The position numbers were made by a program, and so were the translations under genes. 64,000 nt of DNA from Eledone cirrhosa (lineage: Eukaryota), in NCBI GenBank assembly GCA_964016885.1, contig OZ024753.1, positions 11,656,001 to 11,720,000 on the forward strand. Reading direction: 5' to 3'. Of this stretch, positions 1 through 14,400 are shown piece after piece. The notes beneath the pieces were generated by a model. It was not told where the DNA came from. It saw only the letters and a program-made list of their open reading frames with translations, and ran no database searches. The first letter of the stretch is position 1. The number at the start of each line of letters is the position of its first letter.

Positions 1-221
1 ATATATATATATACATATATATATACATACATATACATACATATATATGCATACATATATATACATACATATGCATACATATACATGGATACATATATAT
101 ACATATATATGCATACATATATATACATATACATATATATATATACATACATATATATATATATACATATATATATACATACATATATATATATACATAC
201 ATATATATATATACATACATA

Positions 222-262
<41 letters not shown>

Positions 263-285
263 ACATATATATATACATACATATA

Positions 286-342
<57 letters not shown>

Positions 343-358
343 ACATACATATATATAT

Positions 359-413
<55 letters not shown>

Positions 414-441
414 CATTTATATATATATATATATATACATT

Positions 442-523
<82 letters not shown>

Positions 524-894
524 CATACATATATATATATATACATACATATATATATATACATACATATATATATACATACATATATATATATACATAC
601 ATACATATATATATACATACATATATATATACATACATATATATATACATACATACATATATATATACATACATATATATATATATACATACATATATAT
701 ATACATACATATATATATACATACATATATATATATATACATACATACATATATATATACATACATATATATATACATACATACATATATATATACATAC
801 ATATATATATACATACATATATATATACATACATATATATATACATATATATATATATATACATACATATATATATATACATACATATATATAT

Positions 895-927
<33 letters not shown>

Positions 928-1085
928 CATACATATATATATATATACATACATATACATACATATATATATACATACATATACATACATACATATACAT
1001 ACATACATATATATATATATACATACATATACATATACAAACATATACATACATATATATATATATATACATACATATATATATA
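1..1085. repeat. Compound (TA)n/(TACA)n microsatellite
   Basis: Seen directly. The YIHT-type ORFs here are repeat artefacts. Confidence 0.97.
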
Positions 1086-1167
1086 CTATTAATAATGAGT
1101 TCAAACCTCAGGCAGTCCTTTACAATGAAATAGCTCAAAGAAATATTTCCGAGCCGCGTAATACAAG

Positions 1168-1417
1168 TTAATATAAATTAATATATTTGATAAACACAAA
1201 TACCAACATATCCGTGTTTGTATGGTAAACGACTAAAGTTAGCTAGATTGAAAAATACTAATTATAATAATACAGTTTGCCTGTCTTATTTTAAATCGAG
1301 ACAGGCAAACTGTATTATTATAATTAGTATTTTTCAATCTAGCTAACTTTAGTCGTTTACAATACAAACACGGATATGTTGGTATTTGTGTTTATCAAAT
1401 ATATTAATTTATATTAA
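1168..1417. mobile_element. Fold-back element, ~119-bp arms with a 12-nt loop, between (TA)n arrays
   Basis: Arms 1168-1286 and 1299-1417 are reverse complements with one mismatch seen. Same layout as the other Penelope-type fold-backs in the window (inference). Confidence 0.75.
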
Positions 1418-1419
1418 TT

Positions 1420-1447
1420 GTATATATATATACATATATATACATAC

Positions 1448-1478
<31 letters not shown>

Positions 1479-1628
1479 TACATATATATATATATATACA
1501 TACATATATACATACATATATATATATATATACATACATATATATATATATATACATACATATACATACACATATATATATTTACATATATATATATATA
1601 CATACATATACATACACATATATATATT

Positions 1629-1674
<46 letters not shown>

Positions 1675-2001
1675 CATACATATATATATATACATACATA
1701 CATACATATATATATACATATACATACATATACATACATATATACATATATATACATATATATATACATACATATACATATATACATACATATACATATA
1801 TATACATATATACATACATATACATATATATACGTGTATACATATATATACATGTATACATATATATACATGTATACATATATATACATATATATATACA
1901 TACATATACATATGTATACATGTATACATATATATATACATATACATATATATACATACATACATATACATATACATATATATATATATATATATACATA
2001 T

Positions 2002-2032
<31 letters not shown>

Positions 2033-2923
2033 CATATATACATACATATACATAAATATATACATATACATACATATATATATACATACATATACATATA
2101 TATATACATACATATACATATATATATACAAACATATACATATATATATACATATACATATATATATATACATATACATATATATATACATACATATACA
2201 TATATATATACATACATATACATATATATATACATATACATATATATATATACATACATATACATATATATATACATACATATACATATATATATACATA
2301 CATATACATATATATATACATACATATACATATATATATATACATACATATACATATATATATACATACATATACATATATATATACATACATATACATA
2401 TATATATACATACATATACATATATATATATACATACATATATATATATACATACATATATATATATACATACATATATATATATATACATACATATACA
2501 TATATATATATATATACATACATATACATATATATATATACACATACATATACATACATACATATATATACACATACATACATACATACATATATATACA
2601 CATACATACATACATATATATACACATACATATACATACATACATATATATATACATACATACATATATATATACATACATACATATATATATACATACA
2701 TACATATATATATACATACATACATATATATATATACATACATACATATATATATACATACATACATATATATATACATACATACATATATATATACATA
2801 CATACATACATATATACATACATACATATACATATATATATACATACATACATATATACATACATACATATACATATATATAAACATACATACATATACA
2901 CATATATATATACATACATATAC

Positions 2924-2958
<35 letters not shown>

Positions 2959-3428
2959 CATACATATATATATATATATACATACATATAATATATATAT
3001 ACATACATATACATACATATACATATATATATATACATACATATACATATATACATACATATACATACATATACATATATACATACATATACATATATAC
3101 ATACATATACATACATATACATATATATATATATACATACACATACATATACATATATATATATATACATAGACATACATATACATATATATATATATAC
3201 ATACATATACATATATATATATATACATACACATACATATACATATATATATATATACATACATATACATATACACACATATACATATATATATACATAC
3301 ATATACATATATATACACATATATATACATACATATACATACATATACATACATATATATATACATACATATATATATACATACATATACATACATATAT
3401 ATATACATATACATATATACATATACAT
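1420..3428. repeat. Compound (TA)n/(TACA)n microsatellite
   Basis: Seen directly. Confidence 0.97.
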
Positions 3429-3994
3429 GGTGGCTGCCAACTCGTTTTCGAGTACGGCCACTACTTTATATCCATGTAGGAGAACCCCTACCGATGCGCT
3501 GAACGAGTGTGACTTTTTAGTCCAGCCAGCGACTTGAAAACTCTGGTACAAACACTACACTTGTGACAATTATTGACACATAGTGCTGGGCCCATGGTAC
3601 CATGTGACGACAAGTGCAGAGAGATCTCCAGATATAAAGCAATGCTTGTGCCGTGAAGCTTTTATAGTGAGCAAAGGCACTGCACAAAGCCAGTCCCACT
3701 CTCTTAACCAAGATGATATTTACCAAAAAGAAGAACAAGTCAACATCATTGGATACCATCAGGGTTGCAGGTGTTATATCAGAGTTTTCCTTCTCCTAGA
3801 ATTCTGCCTTGACAAAGGCTAAGGGGTCATCTCTCCCGGTGATTTTGGATGGCCATTGACTCTTAAGAGCTCCCTTGCCCTTTGACAGGTTTTGTTTTTA
3901 GTCCTGCAGGATGTCCAAAGTCACCCTCCTCACCAAGAAACCTTGGTGGGGTTGCCAGTTTAGTCGCCAACGACCCGACCATGAGACAGGTTGT
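3429..3994 (-). mobile_element. ~560-bp non-coding interspersed element in (TA)n, copy 1; possibly RTE-LINE derived
   Basis: A highly similar inverted copy lies at 57431-57955 with the same GGTGGCTGCC/GGCTGCCACC terminus abutting TA repeats. The RTE relationship is recollection only. Confidence 0.8.
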
Positions 3995-4464
3995 ACATAT
4001 ACATATATATACATATATATACATACATATACATATATATATACATACATATATATATACATACACATACATATATATATATATATACATACATATACAT
4101 ACATATATATATATATACATATACATACATATATATATACATACATATACATATACATACATATATATATATATACATATACATACATATATATATACAT
4201 ACATATATACATACATATATATATACATACATATACATACATATATATATATATATACATACATATACATACATATATATATATATATATACATACATAT
4301 ACATATATATATATATATATACATACATATACATACATATATATATATATATATACATACATATACATATATATATATATATATACATACATATACATAT
4401 ATATATATATACATACATATACATATATATATATATATATACATACATATACATATATATATAT

Positions 4465-4497
<33 letters not shown>

Positions 4498-4524
4498 CAT
4501 ACATATATATATATATATACATAC

Positions 4525-4556
<32 letters not shown>

Positions 4557-6193
4557 ATATATATACATACATATACATATATATATATACATACATATAC
4601 ATATATATATACATACATATACATATATATATATATATATACATACATATACATATATATATATATATACATACATATACATATATATATATACATACAT
4701 ATTCATATATATATATATATACATACATATACATATATATATACATACATATACATATATATACATACATACATATATATATATATACATACATACATAT
4801 ACATATATATATATATATACATACATATACATATATATATACATACATATACATATATATATATACATACATATACATATATATATATACATACATATAC
4901 ATATATATATATATATACATACATATACATATATATATATATATACATACATATACATAATATATAATACATACATATACAACATATAATATATATACAT
5001 ACATATACACATATATATATATACATACATATACATATATAATATACATACATATACACATATATATATATACATACATATACACATATATATATATACA
5101 TACATATATATATATACATACATATACAATATATATACATACAATATATATACATACATACATATACATATATATACATACATATACATATATATATATA
5201 TACATACATATACATATATATACTATATACATACATATATATATATACATACATATACATACATATATATATACATACATATACATACATATATATATAC
5301 ATACATATACATACATATATATATACATACATATACATACATATATATATACATAATATACATACATATATATATACATACATATACATACATATACAAT
5401 ACATATACATATATATACATACATATACATATATATACATACATATACATATATAACATACACATATATATATATATACATACATATACATATATATACA
5501 TACATATACATATATATATATATACATACATATACATATATATATACATATACATACATATATATATATATACATACATATACATACATATACATATATA
5601 TATATATATATACATACATATACATATATATATATATATACATACATATACATATATATATACATACATATACATATATATACATACATACATATACATA
5701 TATATATATATACATACATATATATATATATACATACATATATATATACATACATACATATATACATACATATACATACATACATATATACATACATATA
5801 TATATACATACATACATATATACATACATATACATATACATACATACATATATACATACATATACATATATATACATACATATACATATATATATATACA
5901 TACATATATATATATATATATATACATACATATATATATATACATATACATACATATATATATATACATATACATATATATTTATACATATATACATATA
6001 CATATATATTTATACATATATACATATACATACATATACATATATATATATATACATACATATATATATACATACATATATATATATACATATACATACA
6101 TATATATATATACATATACATATATATTTATACATATATACATATACATACATATACATATATATATATATACATACATATATATATACATAC

Positions 6194-6230
<37 letters not shown>

Positions 6231-6351
6231 CATACATATACATATATATATATATACATATACAAATATATATATATATATACATACATATATATATATA
6301 CATACATATACATACATACATACATATACATACATACATACATACATATAC

Positions 6352-6390
<39 letters not shown>

Positions 6391-6431
6391 CATATATATA
6401 CATACATACATATATACATACATATATATAC

Positions 6432-6470
<39 letters not shown>

Positions 6471-6553
6471 CATACATATACATACATACATACATATACA
6501 TACATATATATATATACATACATACATATATATACATACATACATATATATAC

Positions 6554-6584
<31 letters not shown>

Positions 6585-6612
6585 CATAAATATATATACA
6601 TACATATATATA
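3995..6612. repeat. Compound (TA)n/(TACA)n microsatellite
   Basis: Seen directly. Confidence 0.97.
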
Positions 6613-6716
6613 CGTACATATAGTTGAAGTATAAGGACGTGTTTTTACTTCTCTCCCCGAGTAAGCAGCAAGTCACACAGCCACAAAACAAAACCACAAG
6701 ACAAAACCAAACAAAC

Positions 6717-7317
6717 AAAAATTGACCGGTTAATACATTTTCATACATCTATATTATTATATATTTGAAAATTGACCGGTTAATTCATTTTTCATACATC
6801 TATATTATTATATATTTGAAACCACGTGTTTTCGAACTTGTGAGTACATTTTCCTTTAACTACAAATTATTATTATATACTTTCGTCTTTTCATTAACTT
6901 AATTAATTTCAAATAACCAGAATATACATATATATATATATATACTCATATTTATATATATACGCTTCTCACTCACACACAAGAAAAACAAAAAAACAAA
7001 AATAAATCAAAAATGAATTTAAAAAAAATATATATATATTGAAATACTTAACTAAAACACACACACACGAACTTGTGAGTACATTTTCCTTTAACTACAA
7101 ATTATTATTATATACTTTCGTCTTTTCATTAACTTAATTAATTTCAAATAACCAGAATATACATATATATATATATATATATATACTCATATTTATATAT
7201 ATACGCTTCTCACTCACACACAAGAAAAACAAAAAACAAAAATAAATCAAAAATAAATTAAAAAAAAAAAAAATATATATATATATATTGAAATACTTAA
7301 CTAAAACACACACACAC
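6717..7317 (+). repeat. Tandem duplications in the LINE 5'UTR (~51 bp x2 at 6717-6820; ~235-250 bp x2 at 6833-7067 and 7068-7317)
   Basis: CGAACTTGTGAGTACATTTTCC starts at both 6833 and 7068. AAAATTGACCGGTTAAT occurs twice. Confidence 0.9.
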
Positions 7318-7328
7318 TCAAAACTAGA

Positions 7329-7683
7329 ATGGCTAACCAGCAAAAATCCAAACAGAACTGGTCTGATAATGAAATCGACATTCTAATAAACACATGGCAT
7401 TGCCTTTCCCAAACAGAAAATATAGATGCTTCATCTCTGAACGACATTGCTAAACGTACAGTTCAATTTTTGAAAACTCGATCTGAACAACAGATTCAAA
7501 ATAAATTAAAGCAAATCGAAATTGCTTTTAAATTAATCAATAAACATTTGGATAAACTACGGTGTGTTTTCTCTTCGAATGCTGTCCAGCAGCAGCAACA
7601 ACAACAACAGCAGCTACAACAGCAACAGCAACAACAGCAACAACAACAACATCAACAACAGCTACAACAACAACAACAACAGC

Positions 7684-7714
<31 letters not shown>

Positions 7715-8507
7715 GTGTGAACCACTCCTTGATTCATCAACAATGGCCGATCTACTAAATGAAACTATTGACCCCCCAGTAGCCTCTGTCTCACAGCATG
7801 AAACGCCACATCCTTTCTCTGGCCCAGCAGTCCAATCATCACCACTGCCAACATCTCTGCCTACTACTACTACTACTACTACAACATTTTTGTCTACTGC
7901 TATGTCAAGGAATTTACCTTCTAATACCAGAACAAGAACTCTCCCTCCCACAGTCCACAAAGGTCGTCAAATCCTACCCAAACCATCATCTACACCTCTC
8001 ACAACACCCACACCCACATACCCACCCACTCGAAACCCCATCATTTGCCGCTACTCTCTACGCTATAGAATATGTACGGATAGTGGCTGCAAATTCACCC
8101 ATTTACCTAGGACAAAACGATCTATCCCCACAAACAGCCACCACCATAATACATACTCTAATTTAACACCAACACAACCACCAATAACTCAAACAAGGAA
8201 TCCACAAATCTGCCGTTTTTCCCTGCGAGACAGATTGTGTTTAGACCGGGATTGTCCCTTTACCCATCTCCCGGGGACCCGTCGGATAAATGAAAATAAA
8301 ATTAAAAATAAAAGCAAAAACAAAAACCATAACCTACATAAAAATAACCACTACCACAGTCACCAACAGTCTTCTAAACAGGAAACTTCTTCCTCGTTTT
8401 TAGCCATAATGAATCTGGCAAAAGAACTGGAAAAAAACATTCGAGCTATCACCCAGCACCACCCTCCACTATCACCCCACTGCACAAACTCCCATTGCTG
8501 CCATTAA
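7329..8507 (+). CDS. LINE ORF1: N-terminal Myb/SANT-like (trihelix) domain, polyQ, Pro/Thr-rich linker, two CCCH zinc fingers
   Basis: 392 aa. NWSDNEIDILINTW...RSEQQIQNKLKQI fits the Myb/SANT-like pattern. CRYSLRYRICTDSGCKFTH and CRFSLRDRLCLDRDCPFTH are both C-x8-C-x4-C-x3-H. It lies directly upstream of the RT ORF. Confidence 0.85.
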
Positions 8508-11500
8508 CAAACAAACAAATTAACAACACACCAAAACAATTAAAACCATCCACTCTCGCCTCTACATTTTTGCTTAACGCCCAAGGCATCAGCCCTTCCA
8601 CCAATACTCAAAAATGGAAGATCAAATTCCTGGAGGACTGGATTGATGTCCATCCAAACCACATCCCTTTCTTCGTCCTCACTGAAACCCATCTCAGTAA
8701 CCTCCACTTGGAAGCCGAGGTGAAAGTGAAAAATTTCAAAGCCATCCGTGCTGATCGCGCTGGCAGAAGAAAGGGCGGAACTGCCATTTATGTCCATAAT
8801 TCTTTCTCAACAGAGGCTATGAACATATTCACTAATGGATACTGTGAGGCAGTCACTGTATTCAGTCAAACCAACAACCTATTAGTAGTTGGGCTCTATA
8901 GGCCACCCCAAACGCCTGTACCATGCTTCAAGGAATGCCTCAACAGCATAAAGTGTTTCATCCAAGAGTGTCACCCTGACAACATCTTAATGATGGGGGA
9001 CTTCAACCTCCCCGGAGTTGACTGGTCCACAAACACCCTGCCACCAGGTTCTTCTGCCTCAACCTCTGACAGGGAAGCTGTGGAATCGCTTCTTGACTTC
9101 ATGGATGATTTCTTCCTATCCCAACTAGTGCTCGAACCAACGAGGTGCCACAAAAACGTCCTAGACTTAATTTTCAGCAATCACACTGACAATATCCACA
9201 ATATTGCAGTGGAGAAAACTCTACTCTCTGATCATGACATGGTTCTCTGTGATCTGAGATTCCACCGTCCAATATACAAACCCAATGTCATTTCTCCTGT
9301 CCATCCGTTTGACGCTATGGATTTCCACAATGCAAACTGGGAAGCGATCAGTCATGATCTTGCACATGTCGACTGGTCCTTCACGCACACTCATACACCC
9401 ACTAACATCAAAAAGTCCTGGCAGACATTTGTGGACACTGTTACAAACATATGTGCTAAACACACCCCATTAAGAACTATAAACAAATCTAAGAGCAGAA
9501 TCCCTAGAAATAGAAAAACACTCATCAGAAAAATTAAGAGAACGAACAAAAAAATCAACAAGCTGAAATACTGTCAGCAGCAACACATCAACTTGACTGC
9601 CATTTCATCACTAGAGATTAAAAAACATAACCTCCAAAACAACATAATGTCCCTCATCAACAATCAGAGAAGAGCTGAAGAGGCTTGGGCCATTGAGAAG
9701 ATCAAACTCAATCCCAAAGTGTTCTTTTCATTTGCAAAAAAACACAAAATCACTGGCTCTACTGTTGGCCCTCTAATTGATGAAAATGGCACTCTTCAAG
9801 ACAATGCTAAAACCATGGGTGAGATACTGCAGAAACAATACTGCTCTGTTTTCAGCAATCCTGATATGGCCGATCTGGGCTGTATCGGCGATGTTACTCC
9901 CCATTACACCTTATCGGACATAACGTTTGGCGCCCCTGATGTCTTGGCGGCAATAAAGGAAATCAAGCATAATTCAGCAGTAGGTCCCGATAGGTTCCCT
10001 GCTTGTGTCTTGAAGGCGTGTCAACACCAACTTGCTTCTCCTCTTGCCAATCTGTGGCGGAACTCACTGGATGCTGGATATGTGCCAGAAAACCTTCTAT
10101 CCCAGTCTGTTGTCCCAGTTTTCAAAAAGGGAAACAAATCCCTTGCCGTGAATTACCGTCCAATCTCACTCACCTCTCATATCATTAAGGTATTTGAGCG
10201 AGTGGTGAGATCGCGAATGACCCACTTCCTTGAGAGTAACAATATGCTGAACTCCAACCAGCATGGATTCCGTAATGGAAGGGATTGCCTGACGCAACTA
10301 CTGCATCACTTTGATGACATTTTGAGAGCCTTGGGAGAGGGTTCCAACACTGATGTTATCTACCTTGATTTCAGCAAGGCCTTTGACAGGGTTGATCATA
10401 ACATTCTACTGAGAAAGCTGTCCAATATTGGTGTCACTGGAAAGCTGCTGCAGTGGATCAAGAGCTTCCTGTCAAACAGAACCCAACATGTTGTAGTTGA
10501 GGGAGTCAAATCAAGCCCAGCCAAAGTCAGTAGTGGAGTCCCACAAGGCACTGTGTTGGGCCCACTTCTCTTCATCATCTATATTAATGACATCACTGAC
10601 ATCATCAAACACAGCAACATTAAAATTTTCGCTGATGATTCCAAGCTCCAAAAGGTCATCAATGGCGTGGATGACCGGATAAGCCTTCAGTCAGACCTAC
10701 TGGCTGTTACCCAATGGGCAGAAAAGAACAACATGCTACTGAACGAAGACAAATTCGAACTGATCCACTTTGGAAAAGAGGATGCTCTGAAACTCCCGTA
10801 CTCCCTTCCCTCCGGGGAAACTCTCGTGGCATCTAACAACATCAGAGACTTGGGAGTAACCGTGGACAGCAACATAAGCTGGACCACGCATATAAGCAGC
10901 AAAGTTGACATGGCCCGCAGAATGTGTTCCTGGATCCTCAGAACCTTCCAGTCGAGAGATTCCCGCACCATTATCCTTCTCTTCTCTACTTTCGCCCGAC
11001 CACACCTTGAATACTGTTGTCCACTGTGGTCTCCCCACACGAAACAAAGTATCATGAAACTTGAAGCTCCTCAAAGGGCAATCACGAAAAAGATAGATGG
11101 CATGTCAGACCTTGACTACTGGGGTCGATTGGAAAACCTGAAACTTTACTCACTCCAACGTCGCCGTGAGCGTTATATTATCTGCATGATGTGGAAAATG
11201 TTCCATCATCACTGCCCAAATGATGTTGGCATCGCCTTCAAGATACACCCAAGGCTTGGGCCCCGTGCTATCCGTCCCATTCAAAAATCTAAATCGCAAC
11301 TCATAACAACAATACGGCACAATTATTTCACCTCAATCGGCCCTGCTCTCTTCAACATCACACCAGGACACGTCAAAACAGAAACTGACCACACAAAATT
11401 CAAGAAGTCTTTGGACAAATTCCTCCAAGTAATCCCGGACAAACCACCCACACCCGGATATGTCTCCGCAAACAGTAATTCTCTTCTCGAATGGGCCATG

Positions 11501-11515
11501 GTGCCCAAATCCTGA
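8495..11515 (+). CDS. LINE ORF2: APE endonuclease + reverse transcriptase (frame open from 8378; first ATG only at 8819)
   Basis: APE motifs LNAQGI, LTETHL, YRPP, GDFNLP, LDLIF, SDH. RT motifs NYRPISLTS, QHGFR, YLDFSKAFDRVDH, GVPQGTVLGP, FADD, DLGV. No stops. Confidence 0.96.
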   Translation: MLPLTNKQINNTPKQLKPSTLASTFLLNAQGISPSTNTQKWKIKFLEDWIDVHPNHIPFFVLTETHLSNLHLEAEVKVKNFKAIRADRAGRRKGGTAIYVHNSFSTEAMNIFTNGYCEAVTVFSQTNNLLVVGLYRPPQTPVPCFKECLNSIKCFIQECHPDNILMMGDFNLPGVDWSTNTLPPGSSASTSDREAVESLLDFMDDFFLSQLVLEPTRCHKNVLDLIFSNHTDNIHNIAVEKTLLSDHDMVLCDLRFHRPIYKPNVISPVHPFDAMDFHNANWEAISHDLAHVDWSFTHTHTPTNIKKSWQTFVDTVTNICAKHTPLRTINKSKSRIPRNRKTLIRKIKRTNKKINKLKYCQQQHINLTAISSLEIKKHNLQNNIMSLINNQRRAEEAWAIEKIKLNPKVFFSFAKKHKITGSTVGPLIDENGTLQDNAKTMGEILQKQYCSVFSNPDMADLGCIGDVTPHYTLSDITFGAPDVLAAIKEIKHNSAVGPDRFPACVLKACQHQLASPLANLWRNSLDAGYVPENLLSQSVVPVFKKGNKSLAVNYRPISLTSHIIKVFERVVRSRMTHFLESNNMLNSNQHGFRNGRDCLTQLLHHFDDILRALGEGSNTDVIYLDFSKAFDRVDHNILLRKLSNIGVTGKLLQWIKSFLSNRTQHVVVEGVKSSPAKVSSGVPQGTVLGPLLFIIYINDITDIIKHSNIKIFADDSKLQKVINGVDDRISLQSDLLAVTQWAEKNNMLLNEDKFELIHFGKEDALKLPYSLPSGETLVASNNIRDLGVTVDSNISWTTHISSKVDMARRMCSWILRTFQSRDSRTIILLFSTFARPHLEYCCPLWSPHTKQSIMKLEAPQRAITKKIDGMSDLDYWGRLENLKLYSLQRRRERYIICMMWKMFHHHCPNDVGIAFKIHPRLGPRAIRPIQKSKSQLITTIRHNYFTSIGPALFNITPGHVKTETDHTKFKKSLDKFLQVIPDKPPTPGYVSANSNSLLEWAMVPKS

Positions 11516-11602
11516 ATTGAAAGACTTCGCCAGGTGGTGCTATTAAGTTAGACATGGCCTGGGCCAATACTGGCCAAAACATTTCAAAGTTATTCAAAGT
11601 TA

Positions 11603-11623
11603 TATATACATACATATATATAC

Positions 11624-11662
<39 letters not shown>

Positions 11663-11703
11663 CATATATATACATACATACATATATATACATACATACA
11701 TAC

Positions 11704-11772
<69 letters not shown>

Positions 11773-11787
11773 CATACATACATATAC

Positions 11788-11821
<34 letters not shown>

Positions 11822-11869
11822 ACATACATACATATACATACATATATATATATACATACATACATATAC

Positions 11870-11930
<61 letters not shown>

Positions 11931-12081
11931 CATACATATACATATATATATATATACATATATACATACATATCTATATATATATATACATACATATACA
12001 TATATATACATACATACATATACATACATACATACATATACATACATACATACATATACATACATACATACATACATATAC

Positions 12082-12120
<39 letters not shown>

Positions 12121-12165
12121 CATATATATACATACATACATATATACATATATATACTTACATAC

Positions 12166-12196
<31 letters not shown>

Positions 12197-12247
12197 CATA
12201 CATATACATACATACATACATATATATACATACATACATATATATAC

Positions 12248-12290
<43 letters not shown>

Positions 12291-12291
12291 C

Positions 12292-12353
<62 letters not shown>

Positions 12354-12565
12354 ACATACATATATATATATACATACATACATATACATACATACATATA
12401 TATACATACATACATATACATACATATATATATATACATACATATATATATATACATACATACATATATATACATACATACATATATATATACATACATA
12501 CATATATATACATACATACATATATATACATACATACATATATATACATACATACATATATATAC

Positions 12566-12618
<53 letters not shown>

Positions 12619-12633
12619 CATACATATACATAC

Positions 12634-12704
<71 letters not shown>

Positions 12705-12759
12705 CATATATATACATACATATATACATACATACATATACATACATACATACACATAC

Positions 12760-12798
<39 letters not shown>

Positions 12799-12903
12799 CA
12801 TATATACATATACATACATACATATACATACATACATACATATATATATATACATACATACATACATATACATACATACATATACATACATACATACATA
12901 TAC

Positions 12904-12937
<34 letters not shown>

Positions 12938-13090
12938 ACATACATACATACATATACATACATACATACATATACATACATACATACATACATATACATA
13001 CATACATACATATACATACATACATACATATATATATATATATACATACACATATATATACATACACACACACACATATATATATATATA
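11603..13090. repeat. (TACA)n/(TA)n microsatellite at the LINE 3' flank
   Basis: Seen directly. Confidence 0.97.
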
Positions 13091-13891
13091 GAGAGAGAGA
13101 GAGGTGACGGAGAGAGATAGGAGAAAGAGAGAGGTGAGAGAAAGTGATAAAGAGGGGGATACTTCGCTTAAACATCTGTATGTAGAAGCACACGAATCTA
13201 AAAATTTGAGTTTTTAGCAAATAATATGGTAAATTTCAGATTTTTCCCAGCTATGTTTAAGATAGGAAAAAATGTAGATAAAAAGATATATTGGCAGAAA
13301 ATATCTAAAGATTATCTCCGTTCGTCAATTATCAAAACGAAATATCATTTGCTCTAACATATATTACGTTAGCATTTTTTTAACAACTCAGCATGTGTTG
13401 ATAATATTGAAGATATCGCCATTAAGGTTGGAATCTGACAAAGATCCAAGGTAGAATATGAATATTTCAAAATTATGCAGAACTACTTCAATAAATGTAT
13501 GTAAACATTCAGTTGTGGTTGAGAAAATCTTATATCATGGTAATATTTCATAACTAGCTGCCAAATCTGTTCAGAATTAGATCGTACCCTCTGAAAAATG
13601 ATCACATTAGATAGTGCATTCCAATGTATACTGTGCATGAAAAGAAAGGAAACACTCACGTCTAGAATGCTTGTGTGTGTATGTGTGTGTATAATTGTAA
13701 TATCATTATATATAATATACATATTAGTGTAATATCATTGTGCTGTGTGTGGTATGTATAACAAACAAAAATAAAAAAAACAAAATGACACTGTTCACTG
13801 ACGAAATATATTAGTTTGAAGCTTGCTTATAGCCCAGCTGCTAACATCGTGTTCCATTCTTTGGCGCGCATATCAAAACAAAATGTAATAA

Positions 13892-14075
13892 AATAATTGT
13901 TTCTACATTTGACACAAGGCCAGCAATTACGCAGTGTATTACTGGTATTTTATTTATCGACCCCGTAAGGATGAAAGGCAAAGTTAACCTCGGCGGGATT
14001 TGAACTCAGATCATAAAGGGACGTAACTACGCTGGAAAGCATGTCTGACCCTCTACCAATACTGCCAATTGACCT
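13892..14075 (-). mobile_element. tRNA-derived SINE copy
   Basis: Reverse complement of the consensus (TGGCAGTATTGG A-box; GAGTTCAAATCCC B-box; CTTTGCCTTTCATCC core). Confidence 0.9.
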
Positions 14076-14207
14076 ATTACACACTATTACCTGCCTCATT
14101 TCATCACAGCAAATGGTAATAACGCAACCAAATTGATGTCTTCCAAATGTGTATAACATGATGTAAATAGAAGAAGATGCATAGATAATGCCGTCACCTT
14201 TTGTATA

Positions 14208-14400
14208 ATATTTGCTTCTACGTTAGGCACAAGACCAGCAATTACCCAGTGTATTACTGGTACTTTATTTTATCGAACCCGTAAGGATGAAAGGCAAAGT
14301 TAACCTCGGCGGGATTTGAACTCAGAATGGCAAGGGCCGTAACTCTATGCGCCAAAGCATGGCATCCGACACTCTACCAATACTGCCAATGCACCGCCTT
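14208..14400 (-). mobile_element. tRNA-derived SINE copy
   Basis: Same family as 56251-56443. Confidence 0.9.

Larger units (their letters stand above)
6621..11602 (+). mobile_element. Full-length CR1-group non-LTR retrotransposon (5'UTR, ORF1, ORF2, short 3'UTR ending in (TTCAAAGTTA)x2)
   Basis: Two intact ORFs, APE and RT motifs, a CR1-like C-terminus (LYSLQRRRERY...FKKSLDKFL), an ~87-nt 3'UTR with a terminal tandem repeat at 11583-11602, and TA arrays on both sides. The 5' boundary is approximate. Confidence 0.92.

Noticed and set aside
47-6748. Long YIHT/MYVC-rich ORFs (also at 11400-13220, 34548-35871, 48521-49015, 50390-50887, 61309-62262)
   Set aside because: They are translations of TA/CA/GT microsatellites that lack stop codons.
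13483-13631. Minus-strand peptide FQRVRSNSEQIW resembling a TRPM TRP-box region
   Set aside because: It lacks the KFQR and LPPP motifs, runs into a stop, and no neighbouring channel exons were found.
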